This document shows positions 34,594 through 37,382 of a DNA stretch of 37,382 nt, piece by piece. The stretch is from Acidobacteriota bacterium (GTDB lineage: Bacteria; Acidobacteriota; Holophagae; Thermotomaculales; Thermotomaculaceae), in the NCBI GenBank assembly GCA_003650445.1, contig QMQE01000001.1, positions 1-37,382 of the forward strand, in the 5' to 3' direction. A model generated the notes under the pieces. That model was not told the DNA's origin and made no database searches. It saw nothing but the letters and a program-made list of their open reading frames with translations. Each line of letters starts with the position of its first letter. Position 1 is the first letter of the stretch. Both the position numbers and the translations under genes were made by a program.

Positions 34594-35328
34594 CTACGGC
34601 CGCCGCCGTCCCCCATCCACCCGTATCACCTGTCCAGTGAGAAAGTCGCTATCAATGAGAAATCGCACCGCCTTTGCTACATCTTCGGGCTTGCCAATTC
34701 GCTGCAAGGGAATGGTTTTGACAATTTTCTGTCGTTCCGCCTCGCTGATACCCTCCGGGAGGAGTACCGGGCCGGGCGCTACCACATTTACCTGCACCTT
34801 CGGTGCCAGCAACTGAGCCAGCCCCTTCATCAGGGCATGCATCCCGGCGCGGGAAACTGAATAGGGAATATAAGAGGGCCAGATTAGTTCTCCCGCCACA
34901 TCACCGATCGCAATAATCTTTCCCCCGCCCTTCTTCTTCATCTGTTCCCCAAATACCTGCGCTCCGAAGAACGCCCCCTTCAGGTTTACATCCATAAAAT
35001 GCTGCCATTGTCCTTCTGTCGTTGTAAAAAACGGCGTTTCTGAAAAAACAGAGGCATTGTGCACCCAGACATCCACCCCCCCACAATATTTCTCAATTTC
35101 ATCTTTCATCGTAATCCAGGTTTCCCGCAGGGAAATATCTCCAGAAAGTACCGGCGGCCGGTATAAGGCCAATGCCTCAATTTCAGAAGCCGTGGCCGTG
35201 GCCGCCTCACCACTTTTGAACGCATGAAGAATCACCGTTGCTCCGAAGCGTGCCAGACTCAATGCAATCACCTTCCCCACACGCTTCGCGCTTCCGGTGA
35301 TTAAAATCCTGCATCCCTTGATTTCCAC
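34594..35328 (-). CDS. Short-chain dehydrogenase/reductase, pteridine-reductase (PTR1/FolM)-like
   Basis: The start is GTG 35328, 7 nt after GGAGGGGG. ILITGSAKRVGKVIA is the cofactor motif and NAS is present. IAIGDVAG has Asp at the usual catalytic-Ser position, as in PTR1. The active-site Tyr lies in PYSVSRAG (YxxxR instead of YxxxK). Confidence 0.8.
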   Translation of the reverse strand: MEIKGCRILITGSAKRVGKVIALSLARFGATVILHAFKSGEAATATASEIEALALYRPPVLSGDISLRETWITMKDEIEKYCGGVDVWVHNASVFSETPFFTTTEGQWQHFMDVNLKGAFFGAQVFGEQMKKKGGGKIIAIGDVAGELIWPSYIPYSVSRAGMHALMKGLAQLLAPKVQVNVVAPGPVLLPEGISEAERQKIVKTIPLQRIGKPEDVAKAVRFLIDSDFLTGQVIRVDGGRRRP

Positions 35329-35366
35329 CTCTCAGCCCCCTCCTGTACTATGTTTTCTCAATAGTA

Positions 35367-35400
35367 ACATAAAAAGAAAACAGGCCGGATGAGGGGGAAA
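35367..35400 (-). repeat. Partial copy of the 3' (gene-proximal) end of the modular element
   Basis: The reverse strand reads cctcaTCCGGCCtgttttcttTTTATGTtactATTGAgAaAAca..GGAGGGGG..GTG. This parallels tTCCGGCCttgccttttcTTATGTgataccATTGAtAgAAAa..GGAGGGTG..ATG at 259-316. Confidence 0.5.
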
Positions 35401-35505
35401 TTGGTGGCATAAATCATTTTTTACCTTGCCAGCAGGCACACCTCAATCCAACCGCTGTCTTCCGTCAAGTCACATGCAACTGCATGTCAAACAACATAAC
35501 TCTCA

Positions 35506-35736
35506 TCAGCCCAAAAGATGAAATACCGCGAAACCGCTGGCGACACCGATAGCCAACCACACGATTAACTTTAATTCGGCAAATAAATCTTCCATCCCCT
35601 CTCCCTGAAACATCGAAATAATGTTTGGTTTAAACCAGAATTTCACACAATTCCAAAATCCCCTGGCATCACCAAACATCGGCTTCCACAAAAGAGCCAG
35701 CACAATCACAGCGACAATTACGGCAACGGCTTCCAT
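35506..35736 (-). CDS. Small two-TM membrane protein (76 aa), hypothetical
   Basis: Two hydrophobic helices (AVAVIVAVIVLALLW and LIVWLAIGVASGFAVFHLL). The ORF lies between the prenyltransferase and SDR genes on the same strand. Confidence 0.5.
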   Translation of the reverse strand: MEAVAVIVAVIVLALLWKPMFGDARGFWNCVKFWFKPNIISMFQGEGMEDLFAELKLIVWLAIGVASGFAVFHLLG

Positions 35737-35815
35737 AGACGATTCTCCCTTTTTCTGATTTTATCCCTCTTTCTCATATCCCTTCAAAAAACCGCTTTCC
35801 CCACCGGCCGGCTGA

Positions 35816-36712
35816 TTACGCGGCAATAAAAATGCCGATCCCCATCAAAAGGGGCGTCAGCAGGTTAATCAGTACGTTCAGAATCAGGTAGGGAACAATG
35901 CCTTTGGTGTCATCGGCATACTTCACCGCGCCGCGCGCCGCCGCAATCGCCAGCGGAACCGTCGCCAGCCCCAGGAGTGCCCACGCGGGCAGAACAGCCA
36001 GCATTACCCCGCCAATGATCGTAAGATACGCCAGCGCCAGAAAAGAAATATACAGCCACGCGGACTTTGGCCTGCCGATCAGAATGGGATAATGGCGGCG
36101 GCCCACCTCCCGGTCCGCTTCCATGTCGGGAAACTGGTTCAGCAGCAACAGGTTACTGACCAGAAAAAAGGGCACAAGAGATGCGACAACGGCAGAAAGT
36201 GAATAGCTTCCGGCCAGTGCCACGTGGGTACCGATTACTATAATGGAGCCAAAACCGATTCCGGGAGATATCAGGCATAAAAACGGGCTTCGGACAAACC
36301 ACTTTGAATAGCCCGTCACCATCAAGGCACCCACAACACCCAGCGGAACCAGCACCCACCCTTGAATCCAGATAAAATAAATACCAATCCCAACAGTCAA
36401 AGCAAGTGTTAACCAGGCAAGAAACAGCACAAGGCCGGCCCCCGCGGGATTTTCCGGCAGCGTTCCGCTTCCACCGCTGAACGGCGTTTTTGTGGTATTA
36501 AAATCCAACCCTGACTTAAAATCCATATATTCGTTAAAAGCATTGACACTGATATGAGCGAAAATACCCCCCAGAATCGCCATAATCGCCTGAAAAAGGG
36601 AAAACTCCGCTCCAGTGAAATACGCTGTAGCGACTCCCAGAAATACGCATATCGGCGCCAGAATCACAAACGGTAAGCGCATCGGGCCGAAGATTACAGA
36701 TATTTTATTCAT
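35816..36712 (-). CDS. UbiA-superfamily prenyltransferase, MenA-like
   Basis: A polytopic membrane protein of 298 aa. The first Asp-rich motif is NEYMDFKSGLD and the second is NQFPDMEADREVGRRH, matching the MenA-type NDYxDxxxGxD / DxxxD..GK pattern. Confidence 0.8.
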   Translation of the reverse strand: MNKISVIFGPMRLPFVILAPICVFLGVATAYFTGAEFSLFQAIMAILGGIFAHISVNAFNEYMDFKSGLDFNTTKTPFSGGSGTLPENPAGAGLVLFLAWLTLALTVGIGIYFIWIQGWVLVPLGVVGALMVTGYSKWFVRSPFLCLISPGIGFGSIIVIGTHVALAGSYSLSAVVASLVPFFLVSNLLLLNQFPDMEADREVGRRHYPILIGRPKSAWLYISFLALAYLTIIGGVMLAVLPAWALLGLATVPLAIAAARGAVKYADDTKGIVPYLILNVLINLLTPLLMGIGIFIAA

Positions 36713-36785
36713 TATACCTCCTAAATTCCCCTGTTTTGTTCACTATATTATGTCATGGTTCCGGGCAAAACAGGGTGAAAAATAT

Positions 36786-36802
36786 CTGTCAATCATTGAC
36801 AG
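36786..36802. promoter_or_regulatory. Perfect 17-bp palindrome, candidate operator upstream of the BON gene
   Basis: CTGTCAAT-C-ATTGACAG lies 56 nt upstream of ATG 36858. It is preceded by a 10-bp inverted repeat, CCCTGTTTTG (36729-36738) / CAAAACAGGG (36766-75). Confidence 0.4.
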
Positions 36803-36857
36803 GTTCAAGGAGTGGCGTAAGATATAAAAGACAGAATAAAATCCATTCGGAGGCTTT

Positions 36858-37211
36858 ATGAAACAGAAAATTCCGCTTATGATTATAATGCTTTTTCTTT
36901 TAATCGGGACAAGCGGTTGCGGGGTTCTGCTGGTTGGCGGTGCAGGAGCCGGTGGCTATTATGTCGGGAAAGACAAACGCCCGGTGAGCCAGATCGCGGA
37001 AGACGCCCGGATTACCGCTGAAATTAACAAACTGTACATCGGTGATTCCATCGTATCCGCCAGAAAGGTGGATGTGGACACGTACATGGGTGTGGTGACC
37101 CTCTGGGGCAATCTGTCCAGTCAGGAAGCCGTGGACCGGGCAGTTTCCATTGCCGAAAGCGTTAAAGGCGTAATAAAAGTATTTTCAAAGCTGAAAGTCA
37201 TCCCTGATTGA
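36858..37211 (+). CDS. BON-domain lipoprotein (OsmY-like)
   Basis: A lipobox (LLIGTSGC) is followed by a single BON domain (VDVDTYMGVVTLWGNLSSQEAVDRAVSIAESVKGVIKVFSKLKV). GGAGG lies upstream of the ATG. Confidence 0.85.
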   Translation: MKQKIPLMIIMLFLLIGTSGCGVLLVGGAGAGGYYVGKDKRPVSQIAEDARITAEINKLYIGDSIVSARKVDVDTYMGVVTLWGNLSSQEAVDRAVSIAESVKGVIKVFSKLKVIPD

Positions 37212-37213
37212 AT

Positions 37214-37382
37214 GGAAGGCAAGAAAGACAAGGTTAAGTAGAAGACAAGGTTCAGGTTGAGCCCGGATGGGAAAAGACCGGGAAATGTCAACTCCCTGAT
37301 TTCTCTTACCCCTACCCCCGCGCCGCTTTGCCTGCTGCTTTTTGGCCCGCCCCCCGCCCCTTCCCCGGAGCTGAGGCAGGAA
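37214..37382 (-). repeat. Modular intergenic element, reverse-orientation copy, truncated by the window end
   Basis: The reverse complement of 37245-37262 is gctcaacctgaaccttgt, equal to 237-260 with one TCAACC hexamer missing. ggaaggcaag (37214-37223) matches 34452-34461. cccggtcttttccc-type sequence is shared with 34470-34480. A G/C-rich tract follows (37310-37370). Confidence 0.65.

Overview
This is a moderate-GC bacterial chromosomal segment, about 90% coding, with about 31 protein genes. I found no rRNA, tRNA, CRISPR array, transposase or integrase. Most content looks like ordinary metabolism and proteostasis of an amino-acid/peptide-fermenting anaerobe. A plus-strand operon (314-5746) encodes a cyclic amidohydrolase, a fused formiminotransferase-cyclodeaminase, Ptb and Buk. 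Other metabolic genes are pgi, trmL, an ALDH7-like dehydrogenase, an acyl-CoA dehydrogenase, meaB and coaE. Peptidases are numerous: an M16 pair, S41 Ctp, HtpX, TldD/PmbA and aminopeptidase P. There are also a 1093-aa Asp-box/sortilin-like secreted protein, a PTR1-like SDR, a MenA-like prenyltransferase and a BON lipoprotein. I did not find a convincing defence system or intact mobile element. The strongest candidates for novelty are listed here. (1) A modular repeat family fills nearly every large non-coding gap (1-313, 1694-1857, about 5890-6260, 34377-34593, 35367-35400, 37214-37382). It is built from hexamer-phased AACCTN arrays, GTGCRAGTG arrays, a GGATGTTAG 9-mer and hairpins. Several copies sit just 5' of co-oriented genes. 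(2) An exact C-x2-C-x12-H-x4-H zinc-finger signature is inserted in the formiminotransferase domain. (3) A class IV HDAC-like deacetylase overlaps an unannotatable, possibly GNAT-like, partner gene. (4) An AT-rich islet carries a frameshifted Bro-N gene next to a 35-codon SD-preceded ORF. (5) The amidohydrolase-FTCD-Ptb-Buk gene combination is unusual. All functional calls come from motif recognition by eye, and no database search was run.
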